A model generated the notes under the pieces. The model searched no databases, was not told where the DNA came from, and worked only from the letters and a program-made list of their open reading frames with translations. Positions 47,779 to 56,637 of a stretch of DNA of 64,000 nucleotides are shown here, piece after piece. Where the stretch lies: positions 3,264,001-3,328,000 of the forward strand of contig OY820905.2 of assembly GCA_963555755.3 (NCBI GenBank). The letters run 5' to 3'. Source of the DNA: Nitrospirales bacterium. Its GTDB lineage: Bacteria > Nitrospirota > Nitrospiria > Nitrospirales > UBA8639. Both the position numbers and the translations under genes were made by a program. How positions within the stretch are numbered: position 1 is the first letter of the stretch; the number at the start of each line of letters is the position of its first letter.

Positions 47779-48564
47779 ATGAACACATTGGACTTAGAAG
47801 CATTGCTGACTCTTGCCGTGGGGGCGGCTGAGGCTCCAGCCCCACACATTGTACAGTGGTTTGAGGCGGACCGATTATCCGTTGAACGCAAAGGCGATGG
47901 ATCTCCGGTCACCATTGCCGATCGTGAGGCGGAACAAACCATTCGACAAATCTTATCCGAACATCCACTCGCCTCCTCATTTGACATTCTTGGGGAAGAG
48001 TACGGGCAAAAAGAACAGGGTGCCCGATTCCGGTGGTTGGTCGATCCCATTGATGGCACGCGATCCTTTGTCAATCATATTCCATTGTTTGGCACCATCG
48101 TGGCATTGGAAGATACCGTGGAGCAAACCACATTGATCGGGGTGATTCATCTGCCGGTTTTGCAACGAACGTATGCGGCGGCTCGTGGATTAGGTGCTCA
48201 TTGCAATGGGGCTTCTCTTTCTGTCGCTCAACCCAAGCCCATTGAAGAGGCAATGATTGCAACCGGAGACATCGCCCAATTCATGAGCGTGGGACGGGAG
48301 AACACCTACAAGATATTAGCCGAGCATTGTCCCTATTTGCGCACCTACACCGATTGCTTCGGTCATACGTTGGTGGTAAGCGGGGCGGTGTCAGCCATGC
48401 TCGATCCTGCTCTCAATCCATGGGATGCCCTAGCCACGCAGGTGTTGGTTGAGGAAGCCGGCGGCACGATGATCATGCGGCCTTCGACAATTTCCAACAA
48501 GGTCGATGTGCTCTTTGGCACCCCAGCGATGGTCGAGCAGTTGAAAAAACTCGTCGAGTTTTAA
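47779..48564 (+). CDS. Inositol monophosphatase family protein (HisN-like)
   Basis: K.DGSPVTIADR.AE, GEE, DPIDGT, WD......V.EAGG. Confidence 0.85.
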   Translation: MNTLDLEALLTLAVGAAEAPAPHIVQWFEADRLSVERKGDGSPVTIADREAEQTIRQILSEHPLASSFDILGEEYGQKEQGARFRWLVDPIDGTRSFVNHIPLFGTIVALEDTVEQTTLIGVIHLPVLQRTYAAARGLGAHCNGASLSVAQPKPIEEAMIATGDIAQFMSVGRENTYKILAEHCPYLRTYTDCFGHTLVVSGAVSAMLDPALNPWDALATQVLVEEAGGTMIMRPSTISNKVDVLFGTPAMVEQLKKLVEF

Positions 48565-48634
48565 TGGTGTTCAGGTTTCTCCAATAGCGCATCATTCTCG
48601 CAACCGATCGTTCTTTTCCTATGTAGGATAGATA

Positions 48635-49609
48635 ATGGCAAAACTCGCCGTCGTTGATATCGGAACCAATTCCATTCATATGGTCCTGGCGGATATTGAC
48701 CCGGATGGGTTGTATAAGATTTTGGACCGGTTCAAAGATATGACGCGGCTGGGGGATGGGACGTTTCAGCGGAAATGTTTATCCGAGGCGGCCATGACAC
48801 GAGGGGTTGAGGTGCTTCGCACTCTTACCACTCTGGCCAGAAATAAAGGCTTTTCAAAAATAGTGATGGCGGCCACGAGCGCCGTGCGTGAAGCCAAAAA
48901 TGGTGGGCAGTTCATCGAAGCTGTGGCCGAGCAAACCCAAGTGCGCATGCGTGTGGTCACGGGGCAGGAAGAAGCCCGCCTGATTTATTTGGGTATCCGC
49001 CAGAGCATGGAATTAACGGATATCCCTTCCCTGATGGTGGACATTGGCGGTGGGTCCGTGGAAGTTATTGCGGGCACTCGGGATCGCCTGGTTGGGTCCC
49101 AAAGTTTGAAACTTGGGGCAATCCGTCTGAAAGACAAATTTTTAGCCAAGGCTCCTCCTTCCAACAGTCAGCTTCGCGAACTGTATACAGCTGTTGAGCA
49201 TGAACTTCGTGAAGCCTTGCATCAATTAAAACTCGATAAGGTGGACCGAATCATTGCCTCTTCAGGCATGGCTGCCAATCTTGCCGAGATCGTCTATTTC
49301 CAACGGACGGGCCAGGAGATCCCCCAACTCAACATGGCCACGATGAGTCTCAAGGAGATTTCCCTTATTGAAGAGCGCTTGGCCACGAGTGATAGAGAAA
49401 AACGGTTGGAAATTCCTAGGCTGGATTCTCAGCGGGTCGATACGCTGTTACCCGCTGCCACAATCATTCGAACCATACTAGAACTGACAGGCCAGAAGGA
49501 GGTCACGATCAGCGACAAAGCCCTTCGGGAGGGGTTGATTGATGATTTCATTCAAAAAAACCCTAAAACCATCCGGGGAAAAAACCCGGAAACAATCCGA
49601 ATCAAGTAA
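48635..49609 (+). CDS. ppx: Ppx/GppA exopolyphosphatase, C-terminal HD region lost
   Basis: DIGTNS, ATSAVREA, EEARL, DIGGGS.E, LREG; HD-domain remnant (LGYVINPRQHH) just past the stop. Confidence 0.85.
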   Translation: MAKLAVVDIGTNSIHMVLADIDPDGLYKILDRFKDMTRLGDGTFQRKCLSEAAMTRGVEVLRTLTTLARNKGFSKIVMAATSAVREAKNGGQFIEAVAEQTQVRMRVVTGQEEARLIYLGIRQSMELTDIPSLMVDIGGGSVEVIAGTRDRLVGSQSLKLGAIRLKDKFLAKAPPSNSQLRELYTAVEHELREALHQLKLDKVDRIIASSGMAANLAEIVYFQRTGQEIPQLNMATMSLKEISLIEERLATSDREKRLEIPRLDSQRVDTLLPAATIIRTILELTGQKEVTISDKALREGLIDDFIQKNPKTIRGKNPETIRIK

Positions 49610-49709
49610 GAGGTGCCACATATGCGCCTTCTCAATGTCATCGATTTGGGCTACGTCATAAATCCTCGACAACACCACATGCTGGCCTATTTTCTATGCC
49701 ATCGATGTG

Positions 49710-50216
49710 TCATTTCCCCTTACCCAAACGTCGCAAGTGAGTCGCCGGCAACCACCATTCAAGAAACCCGGCCCCAGCACGTGGGGTTCCCTCAAAATAG
49801 ATGGAACAGGCCCCGGCCTTTTTTAACGACAGCCCCAAGACAGATTGCCCACAGATCATTACCCCAGCGGTGAACCCAAGATGCGGCTCGTGCCCTACGC
49901 ATAAGACCGTGTCCTCACGAGAAAATGAAGAAAAGAATCCCAGGATTTCTTCCGGCGAGGCCTCAGACAGTAATTCTCGACACAACTGAGGGTCGCCCGG
50001 AAATCCCAAAATGTCTTTGGCGATTTTCGCGGTTTGTTGTGTGCGTATAAAAGGACTACACAATAATTGAGTGGGGCGAACGTCGAACTGCCCCAACCCT
50101 TTCACGGCCTTTTTGGTTTTCTCGATCCCTTCTTCGGTCAACGGCCGAGTCCGGTCACCACCATTCCAATCGTGCCACTCAACGGCAATGCCATGGCGAA
50201 ACAAAATGCAACGCAT
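49710..50216 (-). CDS. sixA: Phosphohistidine phosphatase SixA (copy 1)
   Basis: RHG, RPLT..G, SP..RT.QTA, VGHEP. Confidence 0.88.
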   Translation of the reverse strand: MRCILFRHGIAVEWHDWNGGDRTRPLTEEGIEKTKKAVKGLGQFDVRPTQLLCSPFIRTQQTAKIAKDILGFPGDPQLCRELLSEASPEEILGFFSSFSREDTVLCVGHEPHLGFTAGVMICGQSVLGLSLKKAGACSIYFEGTPRAGAGFLEWWLPATHLRRLGKGK

Positions 50217-50466
50217 AAGACCTCATGACTCACAAACCTTGTTATTCCCCATCCCTATTCGACGGGGTGACCATTGAGGCCTACCCGAGTCTTATCGAAG
50301 TGTCTCCCTTTGGAAAAGGGGAGGAGGGGGATTTTTAAATATTTTTTTCGGCTGAATACTCCACCGCTTGAGCGGGGATTATTTAATGGAAAGAAGCGGA
50401 TTCTAACAGAGGAGGATTCACTAGGAAAGGTAGAGTTCGTCAAAACTTACGCCGGATTACCGCTTG

Positions 50467-50889
50467 TTAACATTTATCAAGGGCGATCTTGAAGAAATTC
50501 TTTGATCCTTCTTTCGATGGCGTCACAAACTTCACGAAACACCTGTTTTCGTTCTTCCAAGGTGCCTTCCGTTTGTGCCAATCAGGAACCCCCCAGTGAA
50601 GGACATGGCCAGCATTGGCAAAAGCCAGACAGGTTTCCCGGGCATGGTCGCAGACAGAAATCACATAATCGAGATGTTGACCCACAAATTAATCTACGGA
50701 TATTGATTGATGGGATAAATATCCACCCCACGCTCCTTCATAAGATTCAACAGCCATCTGATTAAGCCCCTGCGGATTCGTCCTTGCGCTTAAGGCTTCG
50801 AATTGATCGTCCGCTAAATGGCGAAGCCAACCCTCAGCCATCTGACTGCGGCACGAATTACCAGTCTACAGAAAAAGCACTTGTTTCAT
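50467..50889 (-). pseudogene. arsC: Arsenate reductase ArsC (LMW-PTP type) pseudogene
   Basis: MKQVLFL*TGNSCRSQMAEGWLRHL with TAG at the catalytic Cys position; in another frame DYVISVCDHARETC...LHW. Confidence 0.85.
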
Positions 50890-51179
50890 AATGTAAGTTT
50901 GATCATTTCTCCATTACAAGTCTGGGTGTAATAGGGAGTCAAAATACTATCATGGATCATTTTTGTCCAAAACAGAAGGCTAAGATTGGCTTTCCCACTG
51001 ATAGCCATGGGCTTTAATTGGTTTTGGACAGCACAGGGGGCAAAATTTGAAAATCGCACATTCTCCGTCAAAAACCCGCATAAACATTGACCGCGATGTG
51101 CTAGGTTTTGGGTGTTTTGGACGGCAGTGATCATGGATAAACAATCGAGTCTGTCACCTTTTATTCTCACGCGCCGCTA

Positions 51180-51223
51180 ATTGTCTGATAATTTCAAAGA
51201 GCTTATACTGCCGAACCAATGAA
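51180..51223 (+). repeat. 44-bp element B, repeated at 54252-54295; possible remnant of a recombination (attI-proximal) site
   Basis: ATTGTCTGAYAWTTTCAAAGRGCTTATACTGC...CCAATGAA; 38/44 identical by manual alignment. Confidence 0.6.
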
Positions 51224-51851
51224 TCGGTCGCCGCTTTCGTGAGCCAGAGCGCTTCCCCGCGCGCGATGTTGTGTTCGACTCGTCGCTCTGTTCGATCCAA
51301 GCAGTACTTCCCCCACAGGTTGCGCTGGAGCTGAAGTTCGATTCGATAATCTTTTCCGAGTTCTTCGAAAACGATGAGGCCGCAGAGTTACGCGCCGTGG
51401 GTAGCGCTGGAACTATCGTCCTCCAGGGCGAACAACTTCGGAGGCACCTCGTTGAACGTTCGGGGTCCTACGTCCTGGAATACGGAGGTGCGTAAGCCGC
51501 CGTTGAACAAGGGCATAAAGCGATCGTTGATTAGCTAGGTTCAAAATTCCGCTATACCATCCAGCAGCAACCTTTTCAGGCTCGGCGCACTCGGTGGTGC
51601 TATTCAAACTGCGCTTGAAATTTAGTGGCTGTTCTGTAGTTGGAAGGATTCCGGGGTTGTTTCGCATTTCGCGGGGGACCATTGGACTGCGACGACGCGA
51701 ATGATGGCGAGATCTAGTAGGATGCCGCCGAGAATGTTCCATAATATAGCAAGCGTTCGCCAGCACGGAAATCCCACCAACGGTTATTGTGCTCTGAGTT
51801 TCAGTCGGATATACTTTGGCTATACTTCTATTTCTCAAGGGGAGGGCAATC

Positions 51852-52100
51852 ATGATGACCAAAGTGCAAAAATGGGGCAACAGCCAAGGCCTCCGATTCC
51901 CAAAGGCCTTGTTGGAGGACGCCAACGTGAAAGTGGGCGATCCTGTTCAGGTGTCGGTCCAAGGACAGAAAATTATTATCGAACCACTGAAAACAATCCG
52001 TGGCAAATACAACTTGAAAACGTTGGTCTCAAAAATGCCGAAGGGCTCTTCGGTTGAAGAAGCGGGATGGGGAGTTCCAGTCGGGAAGGAGGCATGGTAA
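51852..52100 (+). CDS. mazE: AbrB/MazE-family antitoxin
   Basis: KVQKWGNSQGLR.PK; C-terminal WG.PVGKE.W. Confidence 0.9.
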   Translation: MMTKVQKWGNSQGLRFPKALLEDANVKVGDPVQVSVQGQKIIIEPLKTIRGKYNLKTLVSKMPKGSSVEEAGWGVPVGKEAW

Positions 52101-52436
52101 ATGCCAACCTATATCCCGAAAAAAGGGGATTGTGTTATCTTGAGCTTCGATCCGCAGTCTGGCCATGAACAAAAAGGCCGACGTCCCGCCTTAGTCGTGA
52201 GCAACACCCTGTTCAATAAGCACACCGGTCTTGCCATGGTGTGCCCTATCACAAAGACGAGTAGGGATTATCCTTTTCATGTGAAGGTACCCGATCGGTC
52301 AGCCCTGAGTGGATTCATTATGGTCGAACAGATCAAGTCGGTTGATTACGGGAGTCGGAAAATCAAGTTCGTCGAAAAAGTTCCTCAGGCCGTTCTCAAC
52401 GATGTTCTGGGTATTTTGGATGCGTGCCTGTACTAG
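52101..52436 (+). CDS. mazF: PemK/MazF-family endoribonuclease toxin
   Basis: FDPQ.GHEQ.G.RPALV.S...FN, CPIT, EQ.KS.D. Confidence 0.92.
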   Translation: MPTYIPKKGDCVILSFDPQSGHEQKGRRPALVVSNTLFNKHTGLAMVCPITKTSRDYPFHVKVPDRSALSGFIMVEQIKSVDYGSRKIKFVEKVPQAVLNDVLGILDACLY

Positions 52437-52511
52437 GAAACGCAAATAATAGTCTTGAAGGGGATGCGACATCGGTGGCACCTTCATGCCAATCTATAGG
52501 AAGGTGTAAAC

Positions 52512-53195
52512 ATGTCCCGTAAGTATTTGGCTTTTGACCTTGAAACGGCAAAAATCTTGCCCAAAGATTTCGGTGACTTACATGATCACCGGCCACTTGG
52601 TATTACGTGTGCGGCGACGTGGCGTAGCGATGAATCCGCCGCCGTGACGTTTCATTCCAACAAGGATGACGGGTCGCCCGCACCACACATGACTCCGCAG
52701 GATTTAACGGCGTTTGTTGAACATCTCAAAATGCAATCACACGCTGGCTATACCATTGTCACGCACAATGGGCTCGGGTTCGATTTCGATATTTTGGCAG
52801 AAGAATCAGGCCAAATGGATGATTGCCGTGCGTTGGCTGTGGGCCACGTAGACATGATGTTTCACTTCTTTTGCGGGAAAGGTTTTCCCATCAAACTCAC
52901 TGCCGCGGCGCAAGCCATAGGCATGAGTAAGCCCGCGAATGTTGATGGCTCGGTTGCCCCACAACTTTGGAAAGACGGAGATCATCAAACGGTGCTGGCC
53001 TATGTGGCGCAAGATTGTCGATTAACCTTGGATGTGGCAGAAACAAGCGAAGCATCTAAAAAGATTAGCTGGATAACTGGACGTGGATCAAAATCTTTTT
53101 TCGAATTGCCGGTCGGATGGTTGACGGTTGAAGACGCCTCCAAGTTGCCATTGCCTGACACGTCATGGATGGACAATCCATGGCCCTTCATATAG
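52512..53195 (+). CDS. RNase H-like (DEDD 3'-5' exonuclease fold) protein, copy 1, with the last 9 residues replaced
   Basis: AFDLET, HNGLGFDF, Y..QD; same sequence as 56638-57342 up to WMDNPWP. Confidence 0.75.
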   Translation: MSRKYLAFDLETAKILPKDFGDLHDHRPLGITCAATWRSDESAAVTFHSNKDDGSPAPHMTPQDLTAFVEHLKMQSHAGYTIVTHNGLGFDFDILAEESGQMDDCRALAVGHVDMMFHFFCGKGFPIKLTAAAQAIGMSKPANVDGSVAPQLWKDGDHQTVLAYVAQDCRLTLDVAETSEASKKISWITGRGSKSFFELPVGWLTVEDASKLPLPDTSWMDNPWPFI

Positions 53196-53310
53196 GTGGT
53201 CGAACAAGAAAAGGAATGGTTAGAATCTGCCGCCATCCTCCATGATGTAGGCTACGTCATAAATCCTCGACAACATCCCATGGTGGCCTATTTTCTATGC
53301 CATCGACGCG
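53196..53310 (+). pseudogene. Ppx HD-domain fragment
   Basis: KEWLESAAILHDVGYVINPRQH. Confidence 0.7.
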
Positions 53311-53817
53311 TCATTCTCCCTTACCCAAACGTCGCAAGTGAGGCGCCGGCAACCACCATTCAAGAAACCCGGCCCCAGCGCGTGGTGTTCCCTCAAAATA
53401 GATTGAACAAGCCCCGGCCTTTTTTAGCGACATGCCCGGGACAGGTTGCCCACAGATCATCACCCCAGCCGTGAACCCAAGATGCGGCTCGTGCCCCACG
53501 CATAAGATCGTGTCCTCACGAGAAAATGAAGAAAAGAATCCCAGGATTTGTTCCGGCGAGGCCTCAGACAGTAATTCTCGACACAACTGAGGGTCGCCCG
53601 GAAATCCCAAAATGTCTTTGGCAATTTTCGCGGTTTGTTGTGTGCGTGTAAAAGGACTACACAATAATTGAGTGGGGCGAACGTCGAGCTGCCCCAACCC
53701 TTTCACGGCCTTTTTTGTTTTTTCGATACCTTCTTCGGTTAATGGCCGAGTCCGGTCATTACCCTTCCAATCGTGCCACTCAACCGCGATGCCATGGCGA
53801 AACAAAATGCAACGCAT
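53311..53817 (-). CDS. sixA: Phosphohistidine phosphatase SixA (copy 2)
   Basis: Paralog of 49710-50216 with about a dozen amino-acid differences. Confidence 0.88.
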   Translation of the reverse strand: MRCILFRHGIAVEWHDWKGNDRTRPLTEEGIEKTKKAVKGLGQLDVRPTQLLCSPFTRTQQTAKIAKDILGFPGDPQLCRELLSEASPEQILGFFSSFSREDTILCVGHEPHLGFTAGVMICGQPVPGMSLKKAGACSIYFEGTPRAGAGFLEWWLPAPHLRRLGKGE

Positions 53818-53829
53818 AAGACCTCACTC

Positions 53830-53952
53830 CCAGGGTGTTCAAAAAGTCCGCCAGCGGCGTTCTCGGGACTTTGTCGTGCTCACGTACTCACGTACGCTCC
53901 GCGCGCCAAAGTCCCTGCGGCCTTGCTGGACGGGCCTTTTTGAACACCCTGG
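53830..53952. mobile_element. MITE family A copy (reverse orientation)
   Basis: CCAGGGTGTTCAAAAAG ... CTTTTTGAACACCCTGG; core GCGTTCTCGG, CGTGCTCACGTACT, CTGCGGCCTTGCTGGAC. Confidence 0.8.
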
Positions 53953-54583
53953 ATTTTGTTGATTATTTATAGGCGGGCGGATTCTAACAGAGGGCATGAA
54001 TCAGAGAAAGTCAGGCATTATCTGTAGAAACTTTGACGTTAAATTCCGAACCCACCCAGAACTGATCAAGTCTTGAAGATGAACCTGGGGCCCATGGTCC
54101 TTCGTCCCGTCATTCTCGCGCCACACGTCAAGATGCGTAGCCACCGTGGCGCGAACGCGGGAATCCAGCATTTCGAACTCGAAGACTGGATGCCCGCTAA
54201 CTTCCCGAGGGCAAGGCGAGCAACAAACAAGGAATATAGGTTACCCCGTTTATTGTCTGACATTTTCAAAGGGCTTATACTGCAAACCCAATGAAGTGGA
54301 ATTTCATACAGAAACACATAAACCATAGTTGGGTTGTGCGAGAGATGAATCTTAAGTGTATCGCACGGTGACGGAATTCTAGAGCTATCATTATTGGGTA
54401 ATAGATCTTAGCAACAAAGGTTCCCGTTCCTTTTTCCGCCAATCGAAGAAACGACCTTCCTCAGTTTTCTTCAACCGTGTTGCCCAGATACCCAGTGGAG
54501 CTTATACTTCACCCCAAAATCTCGGCGCATATTGCAGAGAATGTCAGTCCAAAGTGAAGACGCATCCGAGAATAAGGTAAAAC

Positions 54584-55465
54584 ATGAACACCCCCAAACA
54601 TCCCTTGGCAGAAATTTTTGGGCATCCTGCCTCCGACCACTCCCCCAAAGCGCGCCGCTATCGCTTGAATCGACTTTGCCCGTTCAATAACAAAGTGCCA
54701 AATTGTACCAAAGATAAAGCGAAAGACCCCCTTGGTGTTTGTAGCATATTTCATGAAGACGATGCCGTGATCACCTGTCCAGTTCGATTTCGCGAGGATT
54801 GGCTGATTGCGGATGATGCGGCTAACTTCTTCTTTGATAAGAAAGCATCCTGGAGTTCTTTGACGGAAGTAAGACTGAACGATGCCAATGGAAAGTCAGC
54901 AGGCAACATTGATGTCGTGCTTGTCGCCTATGATGGCCATGGGAAAATTGTCGACTTTGGTGCCTTGGAGATTCAAGCCGTTTACATTTCAGGAAATGTT
55001 CGTGATCCGTTTGAACAATATCTGGCAAACCCAAAAGCCAATGCTCGAATGGACTGGACCGGCAAGCCCAACTATCCGCGTCCAGATTACCTGTCTTCTT
55101 CTCGTAAACGCCTTGCTCCTCAGCTCCTTTTTAAAGGAGGCATCATTCATTCCTGGAAAAGGAAAACAGCGGTCGCGTTGAACAAGAGCTTCTTCGATAC
55201 ACTCCCGCGATTGAAAACTGTCCGTAAAGCAAAAGCCGACATCGCATGGTTGATATATGACCTGCGATTGATCAAGGAAAATGGTCGGGAACGGTATGTA
55301 TTAACCAAAATTGATGAAGTGTTCACTGAATTTGAACCCGCGCTACTTTCAATTACCATACCAGTTCCTGGGAGAATGGATGATTTTGTGAAACTGCTTC
55401 AAGGCAAGCTAGACGAACAACTTGTGAACCCACCGGAGACCAAGACCATTGAAAGGCCATTCTGA
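54584..55465 (+). CDS. NotI-family type II restriction endonuclease
   Basis: Cys4 metal site (CPF..., CTK, GVCS, ITCPVRF); EV.L.....GNIDVVL; EIQAVY; RPDYLSS.RKRLAPQL..KG. Confidence 0.85.
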   Translation: MNTPKHPLAEIFGHPASDHSPKARRYRLNRLCPFNNKVPNCTKDKAKDPLGVCSIFHEDDAVITCPVRFREDWLIADDAANFFFDKKASWSSLTEVRLNDANGKSAGNIDVVLVAYDGHGKIVDFGALEIQAVYISGNVRDPFEQYLANPKANARMDWTGKPNYPRPDYLSSSRKRLAPQLLFKGGIIHSWKRKTAVALNKSFFDTLPRLKTVRKAKADIAWLIYDLRLIKENGRERYVLTKIDEVFTEFEPALLSITIPVPGRMDDFVKLLQGKLDEQLVNPPETKTIERPF

Positions 55466-55466
55466 A

Positions 55467-56468
55467 ATGTCTTATTCCAAACAGACATCTCTTTTCCCCG
55501 AACTCGCGGTTCTTGTCAATCCTCCCAAACCGGTAAATGTTGCTTCTGTTCCGCAAAGAAGTCCATTCCGATATCCGGGTGGTAAAACATGGTTCGTTCC
55601 TACCCTTCGTAAATGGATTAAACAAATGAATTTCAAGCCTCGTCTTTTGGTTGAGCCCTTTGCCGGAGGAGGAATCATCAGCCTGACCGCGATTTTTGAG
55701 AATTTGGTGGACTCAGTCCTTATGGTGGAAATTGACGAAGATATTGCAGCTGTCTGGCAAGCAGTTGTCCAAGGGGATTCAAGATGGCTGGCCATGCGAA
55801 TTCTTAACTTTGAGCTTGAACGTGAAGCAGTTATACAGGAAATTGGCAAAAGACCCAATTCAAATAGGGAACGGGCATTTCAAACAATCCTAAAGAATCG
55901 GACATATCATGGTGGGATTTTGGCCGAGGGTTCCGGCTTACTTAAATATGGTGAAAATGGTAAAGGTATTCGCTCACGGTGGTATCCTAAAACACTGGCC
56001 AGGAGATTTGAAAATCTCGATCTCATAAAAAAAAATGTGGAATTCAAATGCGAAGACGGGCTTGACGTCATGGCCAAGCATTCCTCAAATGTTGATGCCA
56101 TATTTTTTCTTGACCCACCTTATACAGCTGGAGGGAAAAAAGCAGGAAAACGACTGTATCGCCACTACGACCTTGATCACGAAAGACTTTTCAGATTGTG
56201 TGAAGATATGAAATGTGAGTTTTTACTCACCTACGATAATGCGTTGGAGGTTAGGGAACTTGCACGAAGGCATTCTTTTGAAATGCGTCTTATTCCAATG
56301 ACTAATACTCATCACGCCAAGATGGAAGAACTCATTATTGGAAAAAACCTCGCTTGGATGGATGATCTCCCTGCTGTCCACGAACCCGAAGTGGAATATG
56401 AGGTTCTCACGAGGCGAAAAAAGAAGTTGAACCCACGACGCCAGCGGACCGCATCTCCCAACCCTTGA
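55467..56468 (+). CDS. DNA adenine methyltransferase (Dam/D12 class)
   Basis: SPFRYPGGK, EPFAGGG, DPPY; ATG at 55467 directly follows the REase stop. Confidence 0.9.
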   Translation: MSYSKQTSLFPELAVLVNPPKPVNVASVPQRSPFRYPGGKTWFVPTLRKWIKQMNFKPRLLVEPFAGGGIISLTAIFENLVDSVLMVEIDEDIAAVWQAVVQGDSRWLAMRILNFELEREAVIQEIGKRPNSNRERAFQTILKNRTYHGGILAEGSGLLKYGENGKGIRSRWYPKTLARRFENLDLIKKNVEFKCEDGLDVMAKHSSNVDAIFFLDPPYTAGGKKAGKRLYRHYDLDHERLFRLCEDMKCEFLLTYDNALEVRELARRHSFEMRLIPMTNTHHAKMEELIIGKNLAWMDDLPAVHEPEVEYEVLTRRKKKLNPRRQRTASPNP

Positions 56469-56637
56469 GTTTGGAGGTTAAAGAAGAGGGTCAATCTTCG
56501 ACTTAATACTTTAACTTCCTTCTGTTCCTCCCTAGACGTGGGACCAATCAGTGTGTGGGAAAGTTGATGTAGATCCAGAACCATAGCTCAAAATGTATTA
56601 ACTCACAACCTGACATCTAAACTAGGAAGGTGTAAAC

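Noticed and set aside
51180..51223. dif/Xer site
   Set aside because: The GATAA...TTATAC arms are separated by 11 bp rather than 6 and there is no TTATGTTAAAT-like XerD arm.
51271..51495. 74-aa ORF between motif B and the TA pair
   Set aside because: It may be the 3' fragment of a cassette gene, but there is no RBS or recognisable family, so it is not called.
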